A DNA stretch of 33,406 bases, from contig NC_068983.1 of assembly GCF_001194135.2 (NCBI RefSeq), forward strand, positions 107,182,644 to 107,216,049, written 5' to 3'. Under the pieces are notes generated by a model. That model did no database searches. It saw only the letters and a list, made by a program, of their open reading frames with translations, and was not told where the DNA came from. Made by a program: the position numbers and the translations under genes. Positions within the stretch are counted from its first letter, which is position 1. The number at the start of each line of letters is the position of its first letter. Shown in pieces: positions 22,014 to 32,790 of this stretch. This DNA is from Octopus bimaculoides. Lineage: Eukaryota.

Positions 22014-22429
22014 CTGGATGGGTAGGATGATTAACAACTGGTTTAAGAGTATTTGTCAGTGTAGATGTGTCTCTTCAGATGATTACAAGATATATTTCTT
22101 TAAAATAACAACTGTTCTGCAAGATATCTTCTCAGTTTCTGTATAGAAAAGTGGCAAATTAAGGTATACAGCTTCATTTTTATAGAAAATCAATAATATG
22201 TAATGGATGCAAAAGGAAATGAATACACAATATTGTTGGAGCATGGTTGGTTGGTTGGAGCTTCAGTCACTAACACAGCTAAATTATCTTTTATCGTTTA
22301 CTTGTTTCAGTCATTAGACTGTAGCAATACTAGGGCAATATTTTGAGCAGTACAGCCTCTTAAATCAAGAAAGCAATCCATAGCCAAGGCAAAACCTGGT
22401 CTGGTAGGTATAACTTTGAATGGATGGCA

Positions 22430-23250
22430 AATCTTACTGAAAGTGAAGCAGTAGAATAATGAAATGTTTTGTGCTTAAAAACCATTGAACTATAGCAACA
22501 AAAGTGAGAGTAGAGCTAAACCTTTACCTTGCCAACCCTGTATCATCTGAGACTGTTCACCGTGGTCTCTATAAAGATGGATACCATGTGATGACTGCAA
22601 TTACTGAACCACTTCTATCTCAAACTAACACTAATAAGTGATAACTATGGTGTCTAGAGTATCAGAAGTGATTAATGACTCAATGGAAAAATGTAATCGT
22701 TTCTGATGAATCACCAGTCACACTTTTTCCCACTTCAGAGAAACTGGAGGCAGCTGAAAGAAGCCTTCAATATTAACTCTTTGGATCTTATCATGAAGCA
22801 TGAAAGTTGCTCTGTGATGGGATTCTCTTGGACTTTCAGTTGTTCTGTATGGCAGAGTCAATGCCAAGGATTATCAGAGCATTTTGGCAGATCATGGCTC
22901 TCATATGGTACAAATATTGTTTGTTTTCTGATGGAATAATGCAATAGTCTAGACTAATAATGCCCTAATTCACATGGCAAATGTCGTTCAAAATTGATAC
23001 AAAGAGCACAAAAGTGAAATAAACCACTTAGATTACTGAATTTCAATATAATTGAGCATTTACAGTGCATTTTGGTACAACAGTTATAGAGCTGCTCTCT
23101 CCCCCCACTCATGTAACTGAAAGAGCTAAAGTAGGTTTTACTGGAAGTATGCCTTAAACATTCCCCTAACAGCCTTTCAGAATCTGTACAAGTCAATTCC
23201 TCAATGTATTAAAGCTGTAATTGATGCCAAAGGTAGACCAACTCCATATT
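22430..23250 (+). mobile_element. Tc1-family transposase pseudogene
   Basis: PVSSETVHRGLYKDGY..QWKNVIVSDESPVTLFPTS..WRQLKEAFN..DNNALIH..NIIEHL..NLYKSIPQCIKAVIDAKGRPTPY with many stops and frameshifts. Related fragment at 31610-31740. Confidence 0.85.
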
Positions 23251-23302
23251 TTGTCTAAATCTCCCCACTATTTTGTCTAAATCTCCCCACCACCTCTCTC
23301 TG

Positions 23303-23343
<41 letters not shown>

Positions 23344-23345
<2 letters not shown>

Positions 23346-23537
23346 GAGAATATACGAAAAAACAACAACAGACGAGGACAGGTGGTGTAAATAACAANNN
23401 NNNNNNNTGTATTAGTATGATGCTCGAGAATAAGGAAAGTCTTTGACGTTTCGAGCTACGCTCTTCAACAGAAAGAATACGGAGACAAGGAGAAAAACAC
23501 GGAGAAAAAAAATTGAATAGTGTTCAGTCAACGGTCA
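23344..23537 (-). mobile_element. Short Penelope-like hammerhead-bearing element beside (TA)n
   Basis: Homologous over its whole length to 32048-32232. Contains the motif at 23440-23476. Confidence 0.7.
23440..23476 (-). ncRNA. Minimal type I hammerhead-like motif (A6U variant)
   Basis: TCTTT-CTGTTGA-A-GAGC-GTA-GCTC-GAAAC-GTC-AAAGA. Perfect 5-bp stem I, 4-bp stem II, loopless stem III and a GUC triplet. Confidence 0.7.
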
Positions 23538-23717
23538 GTATAGGTATTACTGTATGTAGGTATGTATGTATATATCATACACGCACACGCACACATGCAT
23601 ACACACATGAGATGAAGTTGATTGAATTGATATGATACTGAACAAACAGCTGACAGCTTAGCTGTTTGTATTCCCAATCACCAGCATGCTAATGTATTTA
23701 TATCCAAGAAAATTAAC

Positions 23718-23823
23718 TTTCAATAGCCCTGTCTGATAAAATATATGGAAACTTCACAGAGAATATCAGATCTTGATGCTGTGCCTCTTTTAATTGACAA
23801 GAGTTGTTATTTATCTGGCAGAC
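23718..23823 (-). CDS. Candidate 106-nt internal exon
   Basis: Acceptor atatatattcAG. Only phase 0 is open (VCQINNNSCQLKEAQHQDLIFSVKFPYILSDRAIE), matching the phase-0 end of 25082. The donor AAA/gttaat is weak. Confidence 0.3.
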
Positions 23824-24122
23824 CTGAATATATATATATTTCAATTAATATAGCTTTGAAAGGGATTGGCTTTGTCATATGCTACAAGAAATCAAACTCT
23901 ACTCTAGTTTTCTTGCAAATTAATTGGTTATAGGATCCATCTTCCTCTGAAACTGTGTTGTCTCTTTCTGCACTTCTGATTTTCTGTCTTCAGTTTTTAT
24001 TTTCTTTCTTTCTACTCTCACATACACACACACAATAGAAATTCATCAAAAAATGATGCTTCCTTAAGATATCATGAAACTTAAGACGGTTAACAGAGAG
24101 CTACTTGTAAAATAGTTATATA

Positions 24123-24525
24123 GGTGCAGGTACAGGCGTGGCTGTGTGGTAAGAAGCTTGCTTCTCAACCACATGGTTCTGAGTTCAGTTCCTCTGTGTA
24201 GCACCCTAAGCAAATATTTTTTACTATAGCTTCAGGCCAAGTGAGTGGCTTTCGGCAGACAGTAACTGAAAGAAACCTGTCATGTATATGTGCGTGTTTG
24301 CATGTTTGTGCTTGTCAGTGTTTGACCCCCACCCAACCATTTGACAACCAATGTTGGTGTCTTTGCATCCATGTAACTTAGCTATTTGGCAAAAAAGACT
24401 GATAGAATAAGTATCAGGCTTAACATAATTAAATACTGGGGATGTTTAATTTGACTAAAAATTCTGAAAGGCATTGCCCCAGCATGACCACAGTCTCACG
24501 ACTGAAGTAAGTAAAAGATAAAAGA
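24123..24525 (+). mobile_element. SINE family B, full length, older copy
   Basis: Colinear with the adjacent copy; many CpGs are decayed to TG/CA. Confidence 0.85.
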
Positions 24526-24535
24526 TTTGAACATA

Positions 24536-24700
24536 GGCGCAAGAGTGGCTGTGTGGTAAGTAGCTTACTTACTAATCACATGGTTCCGGGTTCAGTCCCA
24601 CTGCGTGGCATCTTGGGCAAGTGTCTTCTACTATAGCCTCGGGCCGACCAAAGCCTTGTGAGTGGATTTGGTAGACGGAAACTGAAAGAAGCCCGTCGTA

Positions 24701-24769
<69 letters not shown>

Positions 24770-24986
24770 GTATTTGTGTTTGCGTATTTGTGTTTGTCCC
24801 CCCACCATTGCTTGACAACCGATGGTGGTGTGTTTACGTCCCCGTAACTTAGCAGTTCGGCAAAAGACACCGATAGAATAAGTACTAGGCTTCCAAAGAA
24901 TAAGTCCTGGGGTCGATTTGCTCGATTAAAGGCGGTGCTCCAGCATGGCCGCAGTCAAATGACTGAAACAAGAAAAAGAGTGAAAA
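24536..24986 (+). mobile_element. SINE family B, full length, young copy
   Basis: A-box-like GTGGCTGTGTGGTAAG, B-box-like GGTTCAGTCCC, central (TA)n/(TG)n, CpG-rich body, and tail TGACTGAAACAAGAAAAAGAG. Confidence 0.92.
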
Positions 24987-25081
24987 GTGTATTAACTTTG
25001 AAATTTGGATTTGATATTGATTCAATAGCAGCTGTTCCTTCTTTGAATCATCTTTTCCTTTCTACACAGACAAATATATAC

Positions 25082-25236
25082 AAGGATTCTGCAAGCTATG
25101 GTGTAGGCAACTTGTCCAAGAGCATAGTAACTCTGAATAAACACTAATTCCTTAGCTCTGGTGCAGACAACCTCTCTTGTGCCAGTGTGCCCAGTCAATG
25201 CTATAAGATGGTTGGAGACAAGAAGGTCATCCACTC
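25082..25236 (-). CDS. Candidate 155-nt internal exon
   Basis: Strong acceptor ttttgtcctttttggtgtgctttttAG. Only phase 1 is open: (G)VDDLLVSNHLIALTGHTGTREVVCTRAKELVFIQSYYALGQVAYTIACRIL. Donor CTT/gtatat is uncertain. Joins 28849 in frame. Confidence 0.5.
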
Positions 25237-25440
25237 CTAAAAAGCACACCAAAAAGGACAAAAATCAGCAAAAAAAAAAAAGAAAGAACATAGTATACAT
25301 GATAAGAAAGCTTGGTTGTTTTTCTGTGTTGGTGATGTGTGTGTGTCAAATTATGAAAGACCATGATAAGTGAAGAAGTATATAACCTATCTAACACATA
25401 TCACTTTGCAGCAACAGATGTACAATGCCAATAATGATAA

Positions 25441-25495
<55 letters not shown>

Positions 25496-27024
25496 TTGAA
25501 TGTTGTTGTTGTTGTTGTCAGTGTTGTTAATGTTATCATTAAAAATAGAGTCTAACAAAAGTTATTTTGTGTCAAAACCAAACTCTTTTTTATTGGACTC
25601 ACTGTTTTAATAAAACATATTGACACTCACTAAAAATGTGGTTACTTTATAGTGAGTTGCCTTACTAAACTACCCATCAGCATACACATATGCTTACATC
25701 ATACATACATTCATACATACATACATACTTTCACACATCCATCTACATATACATCTGTGTGTGTGCATGTGTGTGTGTTCATGTACAGTTTCATTTCATG
25801 CACATATTGGATATTATTTGTAATTATTGTAATATTGTCAGTTAAGTGTACAAAATATTTTATTTTATTAAGCATCTAGTAATGTTATTCTGGCATATTG
25901 ATCACTGTTCTATTCAAATGACTATATGGGTAGAAAACATGTGTAAATTGATAAACCGGATATATATTTATTAGTTAATATGTTAAGTATTTTTCTGTAC
26001 CTTTGTATCTTAATTTAGTGATACATCTGGATATGTGTGTATGTGTGTTTCTGTGTGTTCTTGTATATGTGTGTGTGTTTGTGTTTGTGTTTTCATGTGT
26101 GTCTTTGTGTGCAGTATGGGTGGAATATGCTTAAGTTGTATATAAATAATTCTGCACTAAAACAACGAGACTGATTGACTGTTACTTGAGATTTATTAGA
26201 TACAGCTGTTATCATAGCCAGAAGCTACTTTATGTTTCTGATGAAGACTTTCATGTGCTTTAATGGTTGAAAAGTTTAGAATAGCTCTTATGTTATAAAG
26301 TATTGTAAATTTATCTAGTAGATAGAATTGGCAAGTGAATATGGTGCCAGCTAAAGGAAATAATTCTATCTGAAGGAGAGCCAGCTGCAGGGGAGAAGAA
26401 CAAAAAGTGTAGGCTGCTGAATAAAATCGTGTTGGTTGTTCAATCAGATTTCATTAGTTCATTGAATGTTTGTATACTTGCGGTGTCTGATTGCAAGACT
26501 AATAACAATAGCATCAACTGCAAAGAATAATATGACATCTCCTACTTCCCTCTATATTCATGTATGCATTATCAATTATTTCTTAGATATAAACATAGTC
26601 ATATTTAAGTATGGATGTAATTCTCTTCTCTCTAATTTCCATAGCTCAGAGATTTTCATAACTGTTGTAAAGAATTACACTTCATCTTCCCAAGTTGTAT
26701 TAACTTTAATGGATTGCAGCGTTAAAATTATTTTCCAAAAGCTTAAAAAAGTTTTTTGTTTTTTAATTGGATATTACAAATCACCTATGGATTAGTGTTG
26801 TATATCTGCTTATCCCTTAGTTCTCCTAATACTATCAGTAGTACTCCAAGATGCCATGATGACCAACTTAATTGAGAAATCTTGGCTTAGCTTTTCATAA
26901 ATGCATTAAACTCGTTTGGATTTCATCTTTATAATGAAGAGGGACAATGAAATAACAACTAAATGAAATTACAATAACAATTTATTACTTAGAGGTAACA
27001 TTATTTGTAATAAATGGTAATTCG

Positions 27025-27185
27025 ATGCAAGCATGGCTGAGTGGTTCAGAGACTTATTTCCCAATAACAGGGATTTGGTTTAGTCCCATTGTGTGGCACC
27101 TTGGACAAGTGTCTTTACTATATCTCCAGCTGATCAAAGTTCTGTGATTGGATTTGATATATGGAAACTGAAAGAAGTCGATCAG
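27025..27185 (+). mobile_element. SINE family B 5' half, diverged
   Basis: ATGGCTGAGTGG..GTGTGGCACCTTGGACAAGTGTCTT..GGAAACTGAAAGAAGTC, then (AT)n. Confidence 0.75.
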
Positions 27186-27200
27186 ATATATATATATATA

Positions 27201-28160
27201 TTCTAAATTATGTAAAAATGAAAATAACACTGACATTTCATTTAAACAGATATAACTATCAAAAGTACGTGAAAATATCTTGAAATAATAAAGAGTAAAT
27301 TTATTCAATAAAATCGCCATGGCCTCCAGACGATTTGGGAATCTCCTGCAACTCTTTTGGATGGTTTCCTTGTTTAAGTTGGCGAATGCTGTCATAATAC
27401 TTGCCTTCACGTCATCTTTGGTGTAACAAGGAGTTTTGTTGGTCTCTCACTCAACTGCAACCCACACATAATAATCAAGGAGGTTGAAGTCTGGGGAGTT
27501 AGGTGGCCAGATGTTAGAGGTGATGTGGTTACAGAAATGATTGGGTCTGACAGCCATGACTGGGGTCTCCTGTTTGTGTGGCATAATGCAGAGTCCTGTT
27601 GCCAGACATAGGGTCTTCCAGCAGCCACCCTCTTGACCAAGGGCTGTACTACCTCTTCCAGGCACTTGATGTAGGCCTCTGTGTTGTCTGAGGTCATGTG
27701 GGAAGATGAATGGAGGCATAACATCGCCATCACTAGTGATCACTCCAAACACCATGATGTTGACTGGATGTTTGATTTTTATCACTCTTGGTACATGTTT
27801 TTGGGACACAACAAGGCATTGGTTGTTCTGCGTGTTCACATCTGATCCTGGCAGAAATTTTTCTCATCTGAGAAAAACCAAAGCATGTTAGGTTGGAGGC
27901 GATGCTTGAGTTCGTTCAAAAGCTTTGTAGTGCAGTCTTTCTTCTTGTCTTTGATGGCTTGTGTTATGACTTGGTGGCCATAACCAGAATTTACAGAATC
28001 AATGAGGATAGGGTGAACCCAAAACAACAACACACCATGAAATTTTTCTAAAATATTAACAATACTCAGCATAAAAATCAGTTTACATACAAACGAATAT
28101 ATATACGAACAAAAAGCAAATGCTACACCAGATGTGCACTCAAAATATTTACAAAGGTAA
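27201..28160 (-). mobile_element. DD37D (maT-type) Tc1/mariner remnant
   Basis: WFFSDEKNFCQDQ..KHPVNIMVFGVITSDGDVMPPFIFPH..EAYIKCLEEVV..RPYVWQQDSA..IWPPNSPDFNLLDYYVWVAVE across frameshifts. Flanked by (TA)n. The 5' boundary is approximate. Confidence 0.9.
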
Positions 28161-28336
28161 CATATATATATATATATACAGTTCAGAATTCAGACTCTGA
28201 ATCCCAGTTTTTGGTTTCACCAAAATTGGCCTCACACAAAACCTGGCCTCAAAAATTTGGTTTTTCAATGATATGCTTTCCAAAAATTTGGATTGCATAA
28301 AATCTGGATTTTCATATTAGTACAAATTCGGTTTTT

Positions 28337-28402
28337 GAACCGTGGATTTCGAACAGTGGATTTCAAACAGTGGAATTCAAACAGTGGATTTCGAACCTTG
28401 GA
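28337..28402. repeat. 14-bp tandem array (G/A)AACAGTGGATTTC, about 4.7 units
   Basis: Units start at 28337, 28351, 28365, 28379 and 28393. An outlying TTTCGAACCTTGGA occurs near 28449-28462. Confidence 0.9.
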
Positions 28403-28848
28403 ATGTCATAAAATCTGTCTTCTATCAATTTGGTGTTCAGCCTTGTGTTTCGAACCTTGGACCTAAATATAGATAAATCTAATGTCAAAGCAACCATTTA
28501 AACTTAAAAGTTCATGACACAAAACGGCTGCCAGACTGCATCAATAATTATAGTTAAAAAATTAAATAGTCAAACAAAAAATCTAGTTTGCTTTAAATTC
28601 ACACAAAACTGCTTCATACAAGCATGCTGAGTAACCAATAGATAAAATTTACAGTTAGTTGTCTAATACTAAAATTGCTACATGAAAATTTTAAATTCAT
28701 ACACCCTTTAGCTATTTATACAAATTTTAACATTTATCTTAACAGAAAATAGCTAGCAAAATTACTACACAACCTGCCACAAATACAGGGTTCGAAATTC
28801 ACATAAATATTATAACATAACACGACTTAAGAAATTTTTTGTACTCAC

Positions 28849-28900
28849 CCAGATGTGACATAGAAATTATTTTAAATTTGACAAAAGTTCTGGCGAATTC
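28849..28900 (-). CDS. Candidate 52-nt internal exon
   Basis: Acceptor atttattttatgctccAG and consensus donor TGG/gtgagt. Only phase 0 is open: EFARTFVKFKIISMSHL+G. The phase-1 end matches the 25236 exon. Confidence 0.55.
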
Positions 28901-29908
28901 CTGGAGCATAAAATAAATCCATAAAAGCTTAACACAAAGTGCATAAACTAAACAGGCAATCATAGCTTCCAGAATCCAATTGAAAAACTTTGTCTCACAA
29001 AAAAAACTGGGGGGGTGGTGGTACAATTATCTCTGCTTATAAAGGTTTGCCAGAGTCTAGCCAATTTGCTATGGTTTCACAGCGTTGTCTAATAACACCT
29101 AGCTTCCCCCATTTTGACAATGGACTTCATCCTTACCTTACAGTACAGCATGAAAAACTGTTTACCTGCTTAACTAAACATTATAATTTACAATTTCCTA
29201 ACACTTGGGATAAAAATTGGCTCTTTCTCATTTTGTATGAGGAATACTAGATATCTTCATGCACTACCTGCCTCCTATGACCCTGGCAATGGACCTGATT
29301 GATTTGGAGGGATTATTGTCAATCATGGTGGCGGCGCAATGGCCCAGTGGTTACGAAAAAATATGGATAAGTTCTGTTTTTACTTTGCTAAACGATTTTC
29401 TACTATTTGAAAATAATATGTATTCTTGCTTTTTATATTATTCATTTGGTATTTTTAAAGATTATTTTTAATAGATAACTTATTTAACACTAAATTATTT
29501 AAAAGTTAGAGTATCATTTCAACATAATATAAGACTTCGATTTAAATAGGGTTGAAATATTTTCGATTATTTTTCATTAATAATTAGTCTTTATTATTTA
29601 TAATATCGTTAAAGGTTTTTTTTTATTAAAACTTAGGCTATATAAAGTTTAATCTTTCATTCATAATAATTTTTTTCATTCTTAATATTTTCATTCAAAA
29701 TTTTTTCATTCATATTTTTATTTTTATTTCTACGTTTGTAGAAATAAGTATTCTTGTATTTTTCTATTATTCAATTGATTTTTAATGATAATTAAATAAA
29801 CGTTTTTAGTCTTAAATAGTCTGGCTTTAACTATTACACCGGTTAAATATGTACTAATATTATCTTTATTATTATTTTAACCTTAAACTTCGTTCAAATT
29901 GTATTTAA

Positions 29909-30280
29909 NNNNNNNNNNNNNNNNNNNNNNNNNNNNNNNNNNNNNNNNNNNNNNNNNNNNNNNNNNNNNNNNNNNNNNNNNNNNNNNNNNNNNNNNNNNN
30001 NNNNNNNNNNNNNNNNNNNNNNNNNNNNNNNNNNNNNNNNNNNNNNNNNNNNNNNNNNNNNNNNNNNNNNNNNNNNNNNNNNNNNNNNNNNNNNNNNNNN
30101 NNNNNNNNNNNNNNNNNNNNNNNNNNNNNNNNNNNNNNNNNNNNNNNNNNNNNNNNNNNNNNNNNNNNNNNNNNNNNNNNNNNNNNNNNNNNNNNNNNNN
30201 NNNNNNNNNNNNNNNNNNNNNNNNNNNNNNNNNNNNNNNNNNNNNNNNNNNNNNNNNNNNNNNNNNNNNNNNNNNNNNNN
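29909..30280. other. Assembly gap (largest of seven: 5818-5859, 11879-12025, 14481-14651, 17445-17640, 17909-17918, 23398-23407, 29909-30280)
   Basis: Runs of n; several abut microsatellites. Confidence 0.99.
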
Positions 30281-30674
30281 AAACTATATATTTATATGTT
30301 GTTGTACTTGGGGATGGTCATATTGCCAGTTTAGCCAATAAAAACACACGCACTGTATATTTGGTGTTAATTTGCTTCAGCTTTATATTACATTACATTA
30401 ATCCTATTTCAGCCAGAGTTCTTTCGTCACACTTCTGTGACCTCATCAGTGGTCCTTTGCTTTCTTCTTTCTTATGTGTGTCCCACCTTGCTAACTATCA
30501 GCCATTTTGTATTTTGTATTCCTACTGTATGTGTCTACGCATGCGTATTCCTCAATGTGCGTCTATGTTTTGTAAGTGCATGTGTGTATGGGGAGTGCCT
30601 GTATTTTCTATATCCTCTGTTAATAAATGTTCGTTTTTAATTGAGTTTTTACCTGTAATTTTGGATTTTGTCCC

Positions 30675-30678
<4 letters not shown>
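30281..30678. mobile_element. Penelope-like terminal-repeat remnant abutting (TA)n
   Basis: Contains the motif at 30413-30452 and is CpG-retaining. The left end is in the N gap. Confidence 0.5.
30413..30452 (-). ncRNA. Minimal type I hammerhead ribozyme motif with intact core
   Basis: CCA-CTGATGA-G-GTCAC-AGAAGT-GTGAC-GAAA-G-AA-C-TC-TGG. Canonical CUGAUGA/GAAA/UH, 5-bp stem II, 3-bp stem I. Predicted cut between 30416 and 30415. Confidence 0.75.
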
Positions 30679-30712
<34 letters not shown>

Positions 30713-30718
30713 TATATG

Positions 30719-30866
30719 ACTGCCTTCTTTCAGTTTCTGTCTACCAAATCCGCTCACAAGTCTTTGGTTCAACCTGAGGCTAGAGAAGAAGACATTTGCC
30801 CAAGATGCCATGCAATGGGACTGAACCCAGAACCATGTGGTTGGGAAGCGGTCTTATTACACAGCC
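30719..30866 (-). mobile_element. SINE family B 5' half
   Basis: CTTCTTTCAGTTTCTGTCTACCAAATCCGCTCACAAG..CCCAAGATGCCATGCAATGGGACTGAACCCAGAACCATGTGG is the reverse complement of the family head. Confidence 0.85.
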
Positions 30867-30879
30867 AATTCATCTCTCT

Positions 30880-31051
30880 ATTTTAAATTATTCATGCATT
30901 ATCTTTTTGGGTTGAAATTTCAATGATGTGCTTGTTTACTTTTAGCATGACATTCTAGGGTAGGTGTGAGAGGCTGGATATAAGCAGTCAATACATAAAA
31001 CAGGTATAATATTCTGGCTGGATACGGCCAGTTTAAATGCTAAAATGTTAA
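30880..31051. mobile_element. Possible TTAA-ended MITE fragment
   Basis: Ends GGCCAGTTTAAATGCTAAAATGTTAA, resembling a TTAACCCTTTAGCATT-type terminus recalled from octopus repeats. No partner TIR is visible. Confidence 0.3.
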
Positions 31052-31426
31052 GCATTTTTGTAACCTCTATGAATTGGAAGGTTATATTTATGGTCAGTGG
31101 AACCTTGAAAACAAATTGCAACTTGAAACTCGGTCACTTTTTAAAGACCAGCATAGAAATATCATTATACTCAGACCTGGTAATTTCTTTCTTTTGCATT
31201 GTAACAAATAATGCTGTTAGTTTCTGAATAATCTCCACAAGAACAGAAAGACAACTCCTTATGACATAATGTTCTTTATTTAAAAGTGATAAATTTTCTT
31301 CTTTACTCCCTGTCATATCAAAGTCATTATGTTGTCTCTTGACCTGCTAGAAAAAGCAGCTAAATATCCATCAACCCCTACTCTACTGCTTTTGAAAACT
31401 AAAAGACACATTGAACAATTTGGTCA

Positions 31427-31585
31427 TTGGTAGTGGTGCAACAATAGCTGAATGGCTAAAAACATCACTTTGCAAGTATGAGGTTTTGAGTTCAGTTCTA
31501 CTGCATGGTAGTTTCTTGTACTATAGCCTCTGAATGAATCATATCTAGTGAGTAACGTTTGGTAAATGGAACTGTATGGAAATCT
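31427..31585 (+). mobile_element. SINE family B 5' half, highly diverged
   Basis: GAGTTCAGTTCTACTGCATGG..CTATAGCCTC..TTTGGTAAATGGAACTG. Confidence 0.6.
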
Positions 31586-31609
31586 AGGATATCCTTCCTT
31601 CCTTCCTTC

Positions 31610-31740
31610 ACTCTTTTCCCACTTCTGAGCAATTTTTATGTCTGGAGACAGCTGAAAGAAGCATTCAACCCTGATTTTTTGGCCCTTACCATGAATCTCT
31701 ATGATGATTAGGGCAGCTGCCTCATGGAATTCTCCAACAC
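31610..31740 (+). mobile_element. Tc1 transposase fragment
   Basis: TTTTCCCACTTC..GGAGACAGCTGAAAGAAGCATTCAA is homologous to about 22724-22770 (VWRQLKEAFNP). Confidence 0.6.
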
Positions 31741-32016
31741 TTTTCAGATGATGATGATGATGGTAGTGGTGGTGGTGGTGATGGAGATGATGGTGATAAA
31801 TTCTGTATGAAAAAGTACAAAAACAAAAAGACACAACAACAGGCACAGGTGTAGCTATGTGGTAAAAAGCTTGCTTTCCAACCACATGGTTCCAGGTCCA
31901 GTCCTACTGCATGGCACTTAAGGCAAGTGTCTTCTACTATAGCTTTGGGCTGATCAAAACCTTGTAAATAGATATGGTAGATGGAAACTGAAAGAAGCCC
32001 ATTATATAAATATATT

Positions 32017-32047
<31 letters not shown>

Positions 32048-32232
32048 GGGAGAATTTACAAGAAAAACAATAGACGAGGACAGGTGGTGTAAACAACAAA
32101 AGGATGTATTAGTTTAACGCTCGGGAATAGAGAAAGTCTTTAACGTTTCGAGCTACGCTCTTCAACAAAAAGAAATAAGGAGAAAAACAAGGAGAAAAAA
32201 AATTTAAATGTCGTGGTCAGCGATCTATCATG
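32048..32232 (-). mobile_element. Short Penelope-like hammerhead-bearing element nested in a SINE
   Basis: Homologous to 23344-23537; (TA)n on both sides. Confidence 0.75.
32137..32173 (-). ncRNA. Degenerate hammerhead-like motif
   Basis: TCTTT-TTGTTGA-A-GAGC-GTA-GCTC-GAAAC-GTT-AAAGA. C3U and GUU changes relative to the 23440 copy. Confidence 0.5.
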
Positions 32233-32790
32233 ATATATATATATATATGTTTATGTGTGTGGGTCTTTGAGTCTGTGTTTGTCCCCCCCCCCAACCACCA
32301 TTACTTGATGACTGATGTTTGTGTGTCTACATCCACATAACTTAGCAGTTCGACAAAAGAGACCGATAGAATAAGTATTAGGTTTACAAAGAATAAGTCT
32401 TGACTAAAACACCCTTAAAGGTGTTGCTTCAGCATGGCCACAGTCAGATAATTGAAACAAGTAAAAGAATAAAGACTGAATTTTTCATGGCTGAAATACT
32501 TTTGATATTTATAAGGTCTGCCTGATCATAAGTTTGATTTGCCTGAACTTGGGCTAAACATCAACTATAATAACAACCATGTTTGATGTTTTACTGCTCA
32601 GCAGATGTGATTTTTTCATTGAATTGGTAGACGATAAAATTCACAGCAAACTTATACAGAATCTAGAATGTTTGTACTTCATATAAAGATTCCCATCCTA
32701 GCCACAGTTATTAGTCTACTTTCTGAGTATTATATACAGTGGTATCAAAGCTAGAAGCTATGTATTAGACTATGCAAGCAAAAAGCTTAC

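Larger units (their letters stand above)
31842..32474 (+). mobile_element. SINE family B, full length, interrupted in its central (TA)n by a Penelope-like element
   Basis: 5' half 31842-32003 and 3' half about 32250-32474 are colinear with 24536-24986. Confidence 0.85.

Noticed and set aside
23247-23290. 22-bp perfect tandem duplication TATTTTGTCTAAATCTCCCCAC
   Set aside because: Local slippage at the end of the Tc1 remnant; no further structure.
26233-26283. CTGATGAAGAC...GTTGAAAAGTTTAGAA hammerhead-like string
   Set aside because: Stems rely on wobble and AT pairs, there is no repeat or microsatellite context, and it is expected by chance in AT-rich DNA.
26196-26384. 62-codon minus-strand open frame after a strong acceptor (LALLQIELFPLAG...)
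   Set aside because: No convincing donor, and the better-supported 28849 to 25236 join skips it. Kept only as a possible alternative exon.
29350-29908. Mitochondrial insertion (NUMT) call
   Set aside because: No recognisable mitochondrial tRNA, rRNA or protein motif; composition alone is insufficient.
29899-30777. 292-aa ORF, the longest in the track
   Set aside because: Nearly half is X from the N gap; the rest crosses a repeat and (TA)n. The same applies to the other X-containing and YIYIYI/CVCVCV ORFs.
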